Assembly: GCF_963921235.1 (NCBI RefSeq)
Contig: NC_086108.1
Span: 106,518,001 to 106,582,000, forward strand
DNA: 64,000 bases
Direction of reading: 5' to 3'
Origin: Mobula hypostoma
Lineage: Eukaryota
A program made the translations under genes and the position numbers. Each line of letters opens with the position of its first letter. Position 1 is the stretch's first letter. Below the pieces are notes generated by a model, which was not told where the DNA came from, did no database searches, and was given only the letters and a program-made list of their open reading frames with translations. This document shows positions 23,480-35,487 of the stretch, piece by piece.

Positions 23480-24220
23480 GTTTCTTGGAGTTGGACTATG
23501 ACCAGTTGCTGAGTGAGATTCATTAGAACGGGCGAATAAAAATATCACAAGTGCAAGCAAAGGGGCCATTTTTGAGAGTGTGCCAGCTTTGGCTCATTGG
23601 GCTGAGGTGTGATCAAGCTTGGGTGAGGTAAAGTAACTGGCAAGTTTCTCCTCTTGTTCTTATTTGTTCATTCCTCGTTTGTTAGCGCAGAGTAGTGCAG
23701 TGAGAATGGCTCCAGGGCTAGTGATTTGTACTGTGCGTGGGATGGACTCCATGTCTCCCTGATAACCACATCTGCCCCAGGTGCACCAAGCCGCAGCTCC
23801 TGAGAGAACGTATTGAAGAGCTGGAGCTGCAGCTCGATGACCTTCGGCTCATGCAGGAGAATCAAGAGGTGATAGGTAAGACTTACAGGGAGGTAGTCAC
23901 CCCTGGGTGACTCTCAGGAGAAGGAAGGGACAGTATACCTGTGGTCATTCCTCTCAATAAGTATATAAGTATATATATCATTAGAAACTATTGAGGTGGA
24001 TGACCTACCTGGGGGTTGCCGCAGTAACTGGGCTCTGACACTGAGTCTGGTGCTGTGGCTCAGAAGAGCAGAGAGGTGAGGAGGTGACCTGAAGATAGGA
24101 GATTCTTTAGTCAGAGGAACAGAGACAAGGTTCTGTAGAAGACCCTTGATGTTATGTTGCCTCCCAGGTACCAGGGTCAAGTGATGTCTCGGATTCTGCT
24201 CATGGCATTCTCAAGGGGGA
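23480..24220 (+). mobile_element. Old CR1 5' UTR/ORF1 fragment
   Basis: Decayed match to ORF1 at 26581-27516 (ELELQLDDL, YREVVTP, IGDSLVR, CCLPG-like segments). Confidence 0.75.
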
Positions 24221-24335
24221 GGATGAGTACCAGAATTTACAGCTATATAGAACCCTGGTCAGGCCCCACTTGGAGTACTGTGCTCAGTTCTGGTCACAGG
24301 AAGGATGTGGAAACTATAGAAAGGATGCAGAGGAG

Positions 24336-25014
24336 ATTTAGATTAGATTAGATTAGATTATGAGGACACGCAGTCCTCTTCTATTGTCATTTAGTAATAC
24401 ATGCATTAATAAATGAAACAATGTTCCTCCAGTATGATATTACAAAAACACAAGACAGACCAAGACTGAAAAACTGACAACAACCACATAATTATAACAT
24501 ATGGTTACAACAGTGCAAACAATACCGTAATTTGATAAAGAACAGACCATGGGCACGGTAAAAAAATAGTCTCAAGTCCCGATAGCCCCCTCATCTCATG
24601 CAGATGGTAGAAGGAAGAAAACTCTCCCTGCCATGAACCTCCAGCACCGCAAACTTGCTGATGCAGCACCCTGGAAGCACCCGACCACAGCCGGCTCTTG
24701 AGTCCGTCCGAAAACTTCGAGGCTCCGACACTGAGCACCGAGCACCATCTCTGCCGAGCACTTCGACCCCAGCCCCAGCCGCCAACAACAGGCAAAGGCG
24801 AGGATTTGGGGCCTTCCCCTCCAGCGATTCTCGATTGCACAGTAGTAGCGGCAGCAGAGCGGGCATTTCAGAAGTTTCTCCAGATGTTCCTCCGTGCTTC
24901 TCACATCTGTCTCCATCAAATCAGAATTGTGCACGGTACCCTACTTGACAAATACAGATATCATTCCGGAGCAGCTGCGCGCGCTGTGTTGTGCCGCCAT
25001 CTTCTCCTCCCTCC
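24336..25014 (-). mobile_element. ~650-bp non-tRNA SINE-like element, copy 4
   Basis: (GATTA)n at 24336-24360; GCCGCCATCTTCTCC near 24993-25007. Confidence 0.88.
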
Positions 25015-25033
25015 AAGGATTTACAAGGATGTT

Positions 25034-25134
25034 CAGGCAGCATCTCTAGGAAGAGGTGCTGCCTGGCCTGCTGCATTCACCAGCAACTTTTATGTGTGTT
25101 GCTTGAATTTCCAGCATCTGCAGAATTCCTGTTG
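25034..25134 (+). mobile_element. Short Penelope-derived insertion with 14-bp TSD
   Basis: TTTACAAGGATGTT at 25020-25033 and 25135-25148; the body matches the Penelope terminus and has a short inverted 5' part. Confidence 0.85.
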
Positions 25135-26580
25135 TTTACAAGGATGTTGCCTGGATTGAGGAGCATGCCTTATGAGAATAGGCTGAGTGAACTCGGCCTT
25201 TTCTCCTTGGAGTGACGGAGGATGAGAGGTGACCTGATAGAGGTGTATAAGATGATGAGAGGCATTGATCGTGTGGATAGTCAGAGGCTTTTTCCCAGGC
25301 TGAAATAGCTAACATGAGAGGGCACAGTTTTAAGCTGCCTTCCTCATTGAGGACATCAGCAGTATACTGGACACTCAAGGATGGCAGGGAAGAGAAGTGT
25401 GCGCAGTCACAATTACGACAGAGAAAGTTCTCAGGAAGCTGAATAGGCTAAAGGTAGATAAATCTCCCGGACCAGATGGAATGCACCCTCGTGTTCTGAA
25501 GGAAGTAGCTGTGGAGATTGCGGAGGCACTAGCGATGATCTTTCAAAAGTCGATAGACTCTGGCATGGTTCCGGAGGACTGGAAGATTGCAAATGTCACT
25601 CCGCTATTTAAGAAGGGGGCAAGGAAGCAAAAAGGAAATTATAGACCTGTTAGCTTGACATGGGTGGTTGGGAAGTTGTTGGAGACGATTGTCAAGGATG
25701 AGGTTACAGAGTACCTGGAAGCATATGACAAGATAGGCAGAACTCAGCATGGATTCCTTAAAGGAAAATCCTGCCTGACAAACCTATTACAATTTTTTAG
25801 GAAATTACAAGTAGGCTAGACAAGGGAGATGCAGTGGATGTTGTCTATTTGGATTTTCAGAAGGCCTTTGACAAGGTGCCACACATGAGGCTACTTAACA
25901 AGATAACAGCCCATGGAATTATGGGAAAGTTACATACATGGATAGAGCGTTGGCTGATTGGCAGGAAACAGAGAGTGGGAATAAAGGGATCCTATTCTGG
26001 TTGGCTGCCGGTTACCAGCTGTGTTCCACAGGGGTCCGTGTTGGGGCCGCTTCTTTTTACATTGTACATCAACGATTTGGATTATGGAATAGATGGCTTT
26101 GTGGCTAAGTTTGCTGACGATATGAAGATAGGTGGAGGGGCCAGTAGTGCTGAGGAAATGGAGAGTCTGCAGAGAGACTTGGATAGATTGGAAGAATGGG
26201 CAAAGAAGTGGCAAATGAAATACAATGTTGGAAAGTGTATGGTTATGCACTTTGGCAGAAGAAATAAACGGGCAGACTGTTATTTAATTTACGAAGCAAG
26301 TAGCTGAAGAAGTGAGCGGAAGAATTTCGGATCGAAAAAGTCGTTTTTTTTTTAAACACTGCTCGGGGAGAAGGGTCTGCACTGCGCAGGCGCGTGACGT
26401 AGCGCGCCAAGGTTTAAAAAGCAGACCACCATATACAGCGGCCATCGTTGTAGCAGCCATCGCCGGAGTGGACTGAGTCAGAGTGGGGTGGCTTTGGCTC
26501 TAACAGGCTTCGGCAAGAACAGGCAGAGGCCAGGGTAGGTTCTGGTAAGTTTTTTGTTCAGATTGTTTAGAGTAGAGAGA

Positions 26581-27516
26581 ATGCCAGGCAGGATGTTGGA
26601 ATGCTCCTCTTGCAGGATGTGGGAAGTCAGGGAGCCCTCCGGTGTCCCTGACAACGACTCCTGCAAGAAGTGCATCCAGCTGCAGCTCCTGACAAACCAC
26701 GTTAGGGAACTGGAGCAGGAGCTGGATGACCTGCGGATCATTCGGGAGAATGAGGAGATTATAGATCGTAGTTACAGGGAGGTAGTTACGCCAAAGGAGC
26801 AGAGGACAGGAAATTGGGTCACTGTCAGGCGAAGAAAGAGGAAAGGACAGGCAGAGCAGGATTCCCCTATGGCCATTCCCCTCAACAACAAGTATACCGC
26901 ATTGGATACTGTTGGGGGGGATGACTTACCTGGGACTAGCTGCAGTAGCCGGATCTCTGGCACTGAGTCTGGCTCTGCAGTGCAGAAGGGAGGGGGGAGA
27001 AAGAGGAGAGCGGTAGTGATAGGGGACTCGATAGTTAGAGGTGCAGATAGAAGGTTCTGTGGTCGTGACAGAGAATCCAGGATGGTTTGTTGCCTCCCAG
27101 GTGCCAGGGTCAAGGATGTCTCTGATCGATTGCATGACATTCTGAAGTGGGAGGGTGACCATCCAGATGTCGTGGTGCACATCGGTACCAATGACATAGC
27201 AAGGAAGAGTGAAGAGGTCCTGGACAGTGAGTATAGAGAGCTTGGTAGGAAGTTGAAAAGCAGGACCTCAAGGGTGGTAATCTCAGGATTGCTACCTGTG
27301 CTAGGTGCCAGTGAGGGTAGGAATAGGATGCTCTGGAGGAGGAACAAGTGGCTGAGGAACTGGTGTAGTGGGCAGGGTTTCAGATTTCAGGATCATTGGG
27401 ACCTCTTCTGGGGCAGGTGAGACCTGTACAAGAGAGACAGGTTACACTTGAACCACAGGGGGACCAATATCCTTTCAGGGAGGTTTGTTAATGCTATTGG
27501 GGAGGCTTTAAACTAG
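26581..27516 (+). pseudogene. CR1 ORF1 (zinc finger, coiled coil, SGNH/GDSL esterase); one premature TGA at 27418
   Basis: CSSC..CKKC, VRELEQELDDL, VVIGDSIVR, VHIGTND; the frame continues past the TGA to DRLHLN...ALN* at 27516. Confidence 0.9.
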
Positions 27517-27637
27517 ATTCGCAGGGGGATGGGAACCAGAGTGCCAGAGCTGACAGTGTGGCTGGGGTGAAAATAAATGATGTTGAAGGTTTAAGCAAAT
27601 CTGCTGATAGAAAGGTTGTGAGAGGTGGTAAAAATCT

Positions 27638-30450
27638 TCTGAGGTGTATATATTTCAATGCTAGGAGTATTGCGGGGAAGGCGGATGAGTTGGGGCATGG
27701 ATTGACACGTGGAATTATGATGTTGTAGCAATTAGTGAAACTTGGCTACAGGAGGGGCAGGACTGGCAGCTTAATATTCCAGGGTTCCGATGTTTCAGAT
27801 GTGATCGAGGCAGAGGAATGAAAGGTGGGGGAGTAGCATTGCTTGTTAGGGAAAATATTACAGCAGTGCTCAGGCAGGACAGATTAGAGGGCTTGTCTAC
27901 TGAGTCCTTATGGGTGGAGCTGAGAAACAGGAAAGGTATGGCCACATTAGTGGGATTGTATTACAGACCACCCAATAGTCAACGAGACTTGGAAGAGCAA
28001 ATCTGCAGAGAGGTAGCAGGCAACTGCAGGAAACATAAAGTTGTGGTGGTAGGGGATTTTAATTTTCCATACATTGATTGGGACTCCCATACTGTTAGGG
28101 GTCTAGATTGTTTAGAGTTTGTAAAATGTGTTCAGGAAAGTTTTCTAAATCAATATATAGAGGGACCAACTAGAGGGGATGCAATATTAGATCTCCTGTT
28201 AGGTAACGAATTAGGGCAAGTGACGGAAGTCTGTGTAGGGGAGCACTTTGGTTCTAGTGATCATAACACCATTAGTTTCAATTTGATCATGGACAAGGAT
28301 AGATCTGGTAATAGAGTTGAGGTTCTGAACTGGAAGAAGGCCAAATTTGAAGAAATGAGAAAGGATCTAAAAAGCGTTGATTGGGACAGGTTGTTCTCTG
28401 GCAAAGATGTGATTGGTAGGGGGGAAGCCTTCAAAGGGGAAATTTTGAGAGTGCAGAGTTTGTATGTTCCTGTCAGGATTAAAGGCAAATTGAATAGGAA
28501 TAAGGAACCTTGGTTCTCAAGGGATATTGCAACTCTGATAAAGAAGAAGAGGGAGTTGTATGAAATGTATAGGAAACAGGGGGTAAATCAGGTGCTTGAG
28601 GAGTATAAGAAGTGCAAGAAAATACTTAAGAAAGAAATCAGGAGGGCTAAAAGAAGACATGAGGTTGCCTTGGCAGTCAAAGTGAAGGATAATCCAAAGA
28701 GCTTTTACAGGTATATTAAGAGCAAAAGGATTGTAAGGGATAAAACTGGTCCTCTTGAAGATCAGAGTGGTCAGCTTTGTGCGGAACCAAAGGAAATGGG
28801 GGAGATCTTAAATAGGTTTTTTGCGTCTGTATTTACTAAGGAAGCTGGCAATGAAATCTATGGAATTGAGGGAATCAAGTAGTGAGACCATGGAAACTGT
28901 ACAGATTGAAAAGGAGGAGGTGCTTGCTGTCTTGAGGAAAATTAAAGTGGATAAATCCCCGGGACCTGACAGAGTGTTCCCTCGGACCTTGAAGGGGACT
29001 AGTGTTGAAATTGCGGGGGCCCTGGCAGAAATATTTAAAATGTCGCTGTCTACGGGTGAAGTGCCGGAGGATTGGAGAGTGGCTCATGTTGTTCCGTTGT
29101 TTAAAAAAGGATCAAAAAGTAATCTGGGAAATTATAGGCCGGTGAGTTTAACGTCAGTAGTAGGTAAGTTATTGGAGGGAATACTAAGAGTCAGAATCTA
29201 CAAGCATTTGGATAGACAGGGGCTTATTAGGGAGAGTCAACATGGCTTTGTGTGTGGTAGGTCATGTTTGACCAATCTGTTGGAGTTTTTCGAGGAGGTT
29301 ACCAGGAAAGTGGATGAAGGGAAGGCAGTGGATATTGTCTACATGGACTTCAGTAAAGCCTTTGACAAGGTTCCGCATGGGGGGTTAGTTAGGAAAATTC
29401 AGTCGCTAGGTATACATGGAGAGGTGGTAAATTGGATTAGACATTGGCTCGATGGAAGAAGCCAGAGAGTGGTGGTAGAGAATTGCTTCTCTGAGTGGAG
29501 GCCTGTGACTAGTGGTGTGCCACAGGGATCAGTGCTGTGTCCATTGTTATTTGTCATCTATATCAATGATCTGGATGATAATGTGGTAAATTGGATCAGC
29601 AAGTTTGCTGATGATACAAAGATTGGAGGTGTAGTAGACAGTGAGGAAGGTTTTCAGAGCCTGCAGAGGGACTTGGACCAGCTGGAAAAATGGGCTGAAA
29701 AATGGCAGATGGAGTTTAATACTGACAAGTGTGAGGTATTGCACGTTGGAAGGACAAACCAACGTAGAACATACAGGGTTAATGGTAAAGCACTGAGGAG
29801 TGCAGTGGAACAGATGGATCTGGGAATACAGATACAAAATTCCCTAAAAGTGTCGTCACAGGTAGATAGAGTCGTAAAGAGAGCTTTTGGTACATTGGCC
29901 TTTATTAATCGAAGTATTGAGTATAAGAGCTGGAATGTTGAGATGAGGTTGTATAAGGCATTGGTGAGGCCGAATCTGGAGTATTGTGTTCAGTTTTGGT
30001 CACCAAATTACAGGAAGGATATAAATAAGGTTGAAAGAGTGCAGAGAAGGTTTACAAGGATGTTGCTGGGACTTGAGAAACTCAGTTACAGAGAAAGGTT
30101 GAATAGGTTAGGACTTTATTCCCTGGAGCGTAGAAGAATGAGGGGAGATTTGATAGAGGTATATAAAATTATGATGGATATAGATAGAGTGAATGTAAGC
30201 AGACTTTTTCCACTGAGGCAAGGGGAGAAAAAAACCAGAGGACATGGGTTAAGGGTGAGGGGGGAAAAGATTAAAGGGAACATTAGGGGGGCGCTTCTTC
30301 ACACAGAGAGTGGTGGTAGTATGGAATGAGCTGCCAGACGAGGTGGTAAATGCGGGTTCTTTTGTAACATTTAAGAATAAATTGGACAGATACATGGATG
30401 GGAGGTGTATGGAGGGATATGGTCCGTGTTCAGGTCAGTGGGACTAGGCA
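27638..30450 (+). pseudogene. CR1 ORF2 (APE endonuclease + RT), at least 3 frameshifts
   Basis: FNARS, SETWL, YYRPP, GDFN, SDHN; YMDFSKAFDKVPH, SGVPQGS, KFADD; frame changes near 27690, 28850 and 30290. Confidence 0.92.
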
Positions 30451-31289
30451 GAGAATGGTTCGGCACAGCCAAGAAGGGCCAAAAGGCCTGTTTCTGTGCT
30501 GTAGTTTGGTTTCTATGGTTTCTAAATGGGGAAAGAATTCAAAGTTCTGAGATGCAACTGGACTTGGGAGTCCTCGTACAGGATACCCTTAAGGTTAACC
30601 TCCAAGTTTAGTCGGTAGTGAAGAAGGCAAATGCAATGTTCGCATTCATTTCCAGAGGAATAGAGTATAGGAGCAGGGATGTGATGTCGAGGCTCTATAA
30701 GGCGCTGGTGAGACCTCACTTGGAGTACTGTGGGCAGTTTTGGTCTCCTTGTTTAAGAAAGGATGTGCTGACGTTAGAGAGGGTACAGAGAAGATTCACT
30801 AGAATGATTCCGGGAATGAGAGGGTTAACATATGAGGAACGTTTGTTCGCTCTTGGACTGTATTCCTTGGAGTTTAGAAGAATGAGGGGACACCTCATAG
30901 AAACATTTCAAATGTTGAAAGGCATGGACAGAGTGGATGTGGCAAAGTTGTTTCCCATGATGGGGGAGTCTAGTACGAGAGGGCATGACTTAAGGATTGA
31001 CGGGCACCCATTCAGAACAGAAAGGCAAAGAAATTTTTTTAGTCAGAGGGTGGTGAATCTATGGAATTTGTTGCCATGGGCAGCAGTGGAGGCCAAGTTA
31101 TTGGGTGTATTTAAGGCAGAGATTGATAGGTACCTGAGTAGTCAGGGCATCAAAGGTTATGGTGAGAAGACGGGGGAGTGGGACTAAAGGGGAGAATGGA
31201 TCAGCTCATGATAAAATGGCGGAACAGACTCGATGGGCCAAATGGCCGACTTCTGCTCCTTTGTCTTATGGTCTTATGGTCTTATGATC

Positions 31290-32730
31290 TTTAAAGCAAT
31301 TTGGCACAGGGATGCGAACTGGAGTGATAGTACTGAGGAGGAGTTAGTTGGTTTACAAACAGAGGCACTGTGTAGTGAGACTCCTAGCCAGCCAAGTTGA
31401 TATTAGTGCAAAAATGCAGTCAACAGGATGAACTGCAATGTAAAAGGCTGACAACATTGAAAAGGGTGAATACAGGACTGAATGTGTTATACTTGAATGC
31501 GCATAGTATATAGAATAAGGTAGATAAACTTGTAGGACCGTTACAGATTGGCATGTATGCTCTAGGCATCACTGAATCATGGCTAAAAGAAGATTATAGC
31601 TGTGAGTTTAACATCCAAGGATGTACATTGTATCAAGAGGACAAACAGGTAGGCAGTGGGGAGATGGGTCTCTGTTGTTAAAAAAACAAATTACAGAGGC
31701 ATAAGCGAGGAATTGGCAATGAGCGGAAAAGAACACGGGCAAGGATAAAAGCAATGGGTGGAATTTCTGGAACCAATTCCAAATGCACAGGATATATAGA
31801 TCCCAAAGTGGAAGAAGTATTCTAAAGGCAGGATGACACAAACGTGGCGAACAAGAGAAGTCAAAGCCAATGTAAAAGCCAAAGAGAGGGAATATAATAT
31901 AGCAAAATTTAATGGGCAGTTAAAGGATTGGAAGCTTTTAAAAACCAACAGAAGGCAACTGAAAAAGTCATTAAGAAGGAAAAGATGGAATACAAAAGTA
32001 AGCAAGCCCAAAAATATTAAAGAGGATAGCAAATGTGTCTTTAGATACATGAACTGTAAAAGAGAGGTGAGAACGGATACTGGACCGCTGAAAAATAAAG
32101 CTGAAGAAGTAGTAACTGGGACAATGAAACAGCAAACAAACTGAAAAAGTATTTTGCATCATTATACACTGTGGAAGACGCTGGTAGTAGGCAGGAATTT
32201 TGAGAGCTTCAGGGGTCAGAAGTGTGTGAAGCTGCCATCACTAGGGAGCAGGTTATTGGGAAACTGAAAGGTCTGAAGATAGATAAGACACCTGGACCAG
32301 ATGGTGTACACCCTAGGGTTCTGAAAGAGGTGGCTGAAGAGATTGTGGAGGCATTTGTAATGATCTTTCAAGAATCACTAGATTCTGGAATGGTTCCAGA
32401 GGACTAGAAAATTCCAATTGTCACTCCATGCTTCAACAAGAGAAAGAGGCAGAAGAAAGGAAATTATAGGCCACTTAGTCTGACCTCAATGTGTTGGAGT
32501 CGATTGTTAAGAATGTGGTTTCAGGTTACTTGGAGGCACGTGATAAAATAGGCCGTAGTCAGCATGATTTCCTCAAGGAAAATCTTGCCTGATGACTCTG
32601 TTGGAACTCTTTGAAGAAATAACAATTAGGATTGGCAAAGGAGAATTGGTTGAAGTTATGTACTTGGATTTTCAGAAGGCCTTTGATAAGGTACCACACA
32701 TAAGGCTGCTTAACAAGTTAAGAGCCCCAA
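31290..32730 (+). mobile_element. Old CR1 ORF2 (APE to RT) with internal deletions
   Basis: YLNAHSI and GITESWL near 31490-31590; ORF 32222..32407 KTPGPDGVHPRVLKE. Confidence 0.8.
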
Positions 32731-32904
32731 CTATCAAAGTTTAAGGGAAGTTTGGATATGTCTGTGGATGGTAGGGGTATGGAGTGCTATGGTCCCACTG
32801 CAGGTTGATGGAAGTTGGCAGTTTAAATGGCTCAGTATAGACCAGAATGGGCCAAAGGGCCTGTTTATATGGTGTACTTTTCTATGACTCTGTGACTGTG
32901 AGAT

Positions 32905-33225
32905 GTTGAGTGTGTATCTTCAAACTCTTGTACCTCCTCTTTGATGGTAGGAATAAGAAGAGGACATGACCTGGCATGGAAGTCCTTAATAATGGATGCT
33001 GCCTTTTTGAGACATCACCTTTTGAAGACGCTTTTGATGCTAGCGAGTCTAGTGGCCCATGATTGAGCTGGTGGAGTTAGCAAGTTTCTGCATCTTTTTC
33101 CAATCCTGTGCATACCAGACGATGATGCAACCAGTAGAATGCTCTACATGGTAATCTGTACAAATTTGCTTGTCTTCAGTGACATAACAAATCTCTTCAA
33201 ACCCCTAATGAAATAAAGCCACCAC
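32905..33225 (-). mobile_element. Rex1-type 3' fragment
   Basis: Matches 3310-3441/8250-8290 and the reverse of 13400-13520. Confidence 0.65.
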
Positions 33226-33687
33226 CAATATTCAGGAACATTCCAGAACCAAAGACCATGAACCACAGGATAAAGAAGCTGAATCAGGCCTTTTGTCCAT
33301 CAGATCTGCTTCACTGTTCAATCATGGCTAATAGAATTGGCTAAGAACCCTGTTTCTCTCTCCATAGATGCAGCCTGACCTGCTGAGTGTTCCAACAATT
33401 ACTGATTTTATTGCACAGTTAGTAAAACAGATTTTGTCTTTTGATTTGGTGCGGATTATCAAAAACATTCACCACTTGATCAAAGTCTTAACTCAGCAAG
33501 TCAGGAAGATCTGTCTGTTTAATTTCTGACAATATATAGACATAGTTGAGAGTATTGTTAATAATTAATACATTACTTTGGAGGTGTCATGGTTAGCGCA
33601 ACACTTTCATAGCTTTGTAAAATTTCAGCAATTTCAATGTCAGACTTTAAAGAAATCAATTTAAATTCTCAACTGCCCATAGTGGGA

Positions 33688-34070
33688 GTTCAGAAGAATG
33701 AGTGGGGATCTCATTGAAACCTACTAAATATTGAAAGGCCTGGATTGAGTGGATGTGGAGAGAATATTTCCTATAGTGGGGGAGACTAAGACCAGAGAGC
33801 ACAGCCTCATAATAGAAGGACGTTCCTATAGAACAGAGAGGAGAAAGAATTTCTTTAGCCAGAGGGTGGAGATTCTGTGGAATTCATTCCCTCAAACGAC
33901 TGTGGAGGTCAAGCCATTGGGTATACTTAAAGTGGAGGATGATAGGTTCCAGATTAGTCAGAGTGTCAAAGGTTATGTGGAGAAGGGCTGAGAGGGAAAA
34001 TAGAATGGTGGTGAGGACTCGATGGGCCAAATAGCCTAATTCTGCTCCTATGTCTTATGGTCTTATGTTC
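33688..34070 (+). mobile_element. CR1 3' fragment
   Basis: ORF 33749..33991 KNFFSQRVEILWNS; GTCTTATGGTCTTATG tail. Confidence 0.85.
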
Positions 34071-34554
34071 TAATTTAAATTCTCAACCATCCATACTGGG
34101 ATTAAAACTCACAATTGATAAATTATTAGTCAAGGTCTCTGGATTACTAATGAAAACAGAAAATGCTGGAAGCAGTTATCAGGTCAGGGAAAGTGAAGCA
34201 GTGTTAGTGTTTCAGATCAATGATCTTTCATAAGGATTGGATTAGCAGTCCAGTAACAAGCCCTTCACATCATCATATCCGTGTATGCTTGTTTCCATAG
34301 TCTCTGCCTTCCCCTCTTTCTCTCAAATTAATTGGCTCTCTTGGCACTTGGTGCTCTGGATGATAACTTCCCATACTGAAAACTTCTTGACGTTCAGGCT
34401 CGATCTCCTCATTCCTCTTGACCTCAGCCAAATCCTCCTCTTACTCTCTCACTTAAAACATTTACATTTATTTTGAATGGGAACTATTAAGTTTTATTTG
34501 GATAGAATGCTGGGGTATCACCAAATACCAGACGCATCCCCACATGTGGGATGT

Positions 34555-35060
34555 CACCGAAGATGCTAGGGAATCTCTACAGTTGTACCGTGGGACCATT
34601 CTAACTGATTACATCACTCCACAAGATCAGAAAATGCTGCAGAGGCTTGTAAACTCAATGATGGCCAGCTCCAACATGGGCACTAGCCTCCCCAGCATTA
34701 AAGACATCTTCAAAAGGTGATGCCTCGAGAAGGTGGCATCAATCACTAAGGACCCTCACCATCCAGGACATGCCCCCTATTCATTATTACCATCAGGGAG
34801 GATGTAGAAGAGCCTGGAGTCACACGCTTGACATTTTAAGAACAGCTACTTCCCCACCATCATTAGAATTATGATGATGAACCAACCCATGAACACCAAT
34901 TTGTTTTGCTCTCTTTTTGCCCTACTTAATTAATTTAATTTATACAGTGTGCATATATATATAGTAATTTATAATTTTTTGTATTGTAATATACTACTGC
35001 TGTAAAACAAAAAAATGTCACAATGTACACTAATGATATTAAACTTGATTCTGATTTTGA
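34555..35060 (+). mobile_element. Rex1-type 3' fragment
   Basis: Homologous to 13310-13762; ends TGATTCTGATT. Confidence 0.7.
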
Positions 35061-35144
35061 TACAACTTTGTTCACTTGCTTTTACGTAGTTTCTAGACTG
35101 TTTGGGCCACTCAGTTAAAAAAAAACAGACTTGTTAATTTACTC

Positions 35145-35435
35145 ATTTATTTAGTGATGCTGTGCAGAGGAGGCCCTTCTGGTCCTTTGATCCATGCCAC
35201 CCCTGCAACCCCACAACGCCGATCAATCTGAATCTAATCACGGGACAATTTACAATGACCGATTAACCTACCTGGAACACCTTTGGAATGTGGAAGGAAA
35301 CCAGGGCACCCGGGAAATACCAGGGAAGGATCTACAGAGTCTACTTACAGAACAAACCTGGAATTAAACTCCAAGTTCAGGAATACTCTGAGCTGTAATA
35401 GAGTCGCGCTAACCGTGACACTAACCGTGCTACTG
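35145..35435 (-). mobile_element. tRNA-headed V-type SINE
   Basis: Reverse complement of the 55232-55520 family; a similar copy lies at ~57110-57350. Confidence 0.65.
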
Positions 35436-35487
35436 ATGGCTACCTCCATGGCCTCATCAGCAATAGCAACAATAAGCCACATCTTAG

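Larger units (their letters stand above)
24235..25335 (+). mobile_element. CR1 ORF2 3' fragment split by two insertions
   Basis: ...GCAGAGGAGATTTA at ~24340 resumes as TTACAAGGATGTTGCC at 25021/25136. Confidence 0.8.
26288..30523 (+). mobile_element. Full-length CR1 LINE (~4.2 kb), nested
   Basis: 5' UTR, ORF1, ORF2 and GGTTTCTATGGTTTCT tail; interrupts a colinear CR1 RT. Confidence 0.93.
25345..31288 (+). mobile_element. Outer CR1 ORF2 (RT) + 3' UTR, split by a full-length CR1
   Basis: ORFs 25397..25819 and 25834..26307 stop at ...ADCYL (26286) and resume NGERIQSSEMQ at ~30524; (GTCTTATG)n tail ~31263-31286. Confidence 0.9.

Noticed and set aside
9064..25014. All four 650-bp elements in the same orientation as a sign of a host transcription unit
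   Set aside because: Four copies agree by chance one time in eight, and other families here occur on both strands.
26581..27516. SGNH/GDSL esterase as a host or horizontally acquired gene
   Set aside because: It is the usual ORF1 of esterase-type CR1 elements, sits directly before APE-RT and has a nonsense codon.
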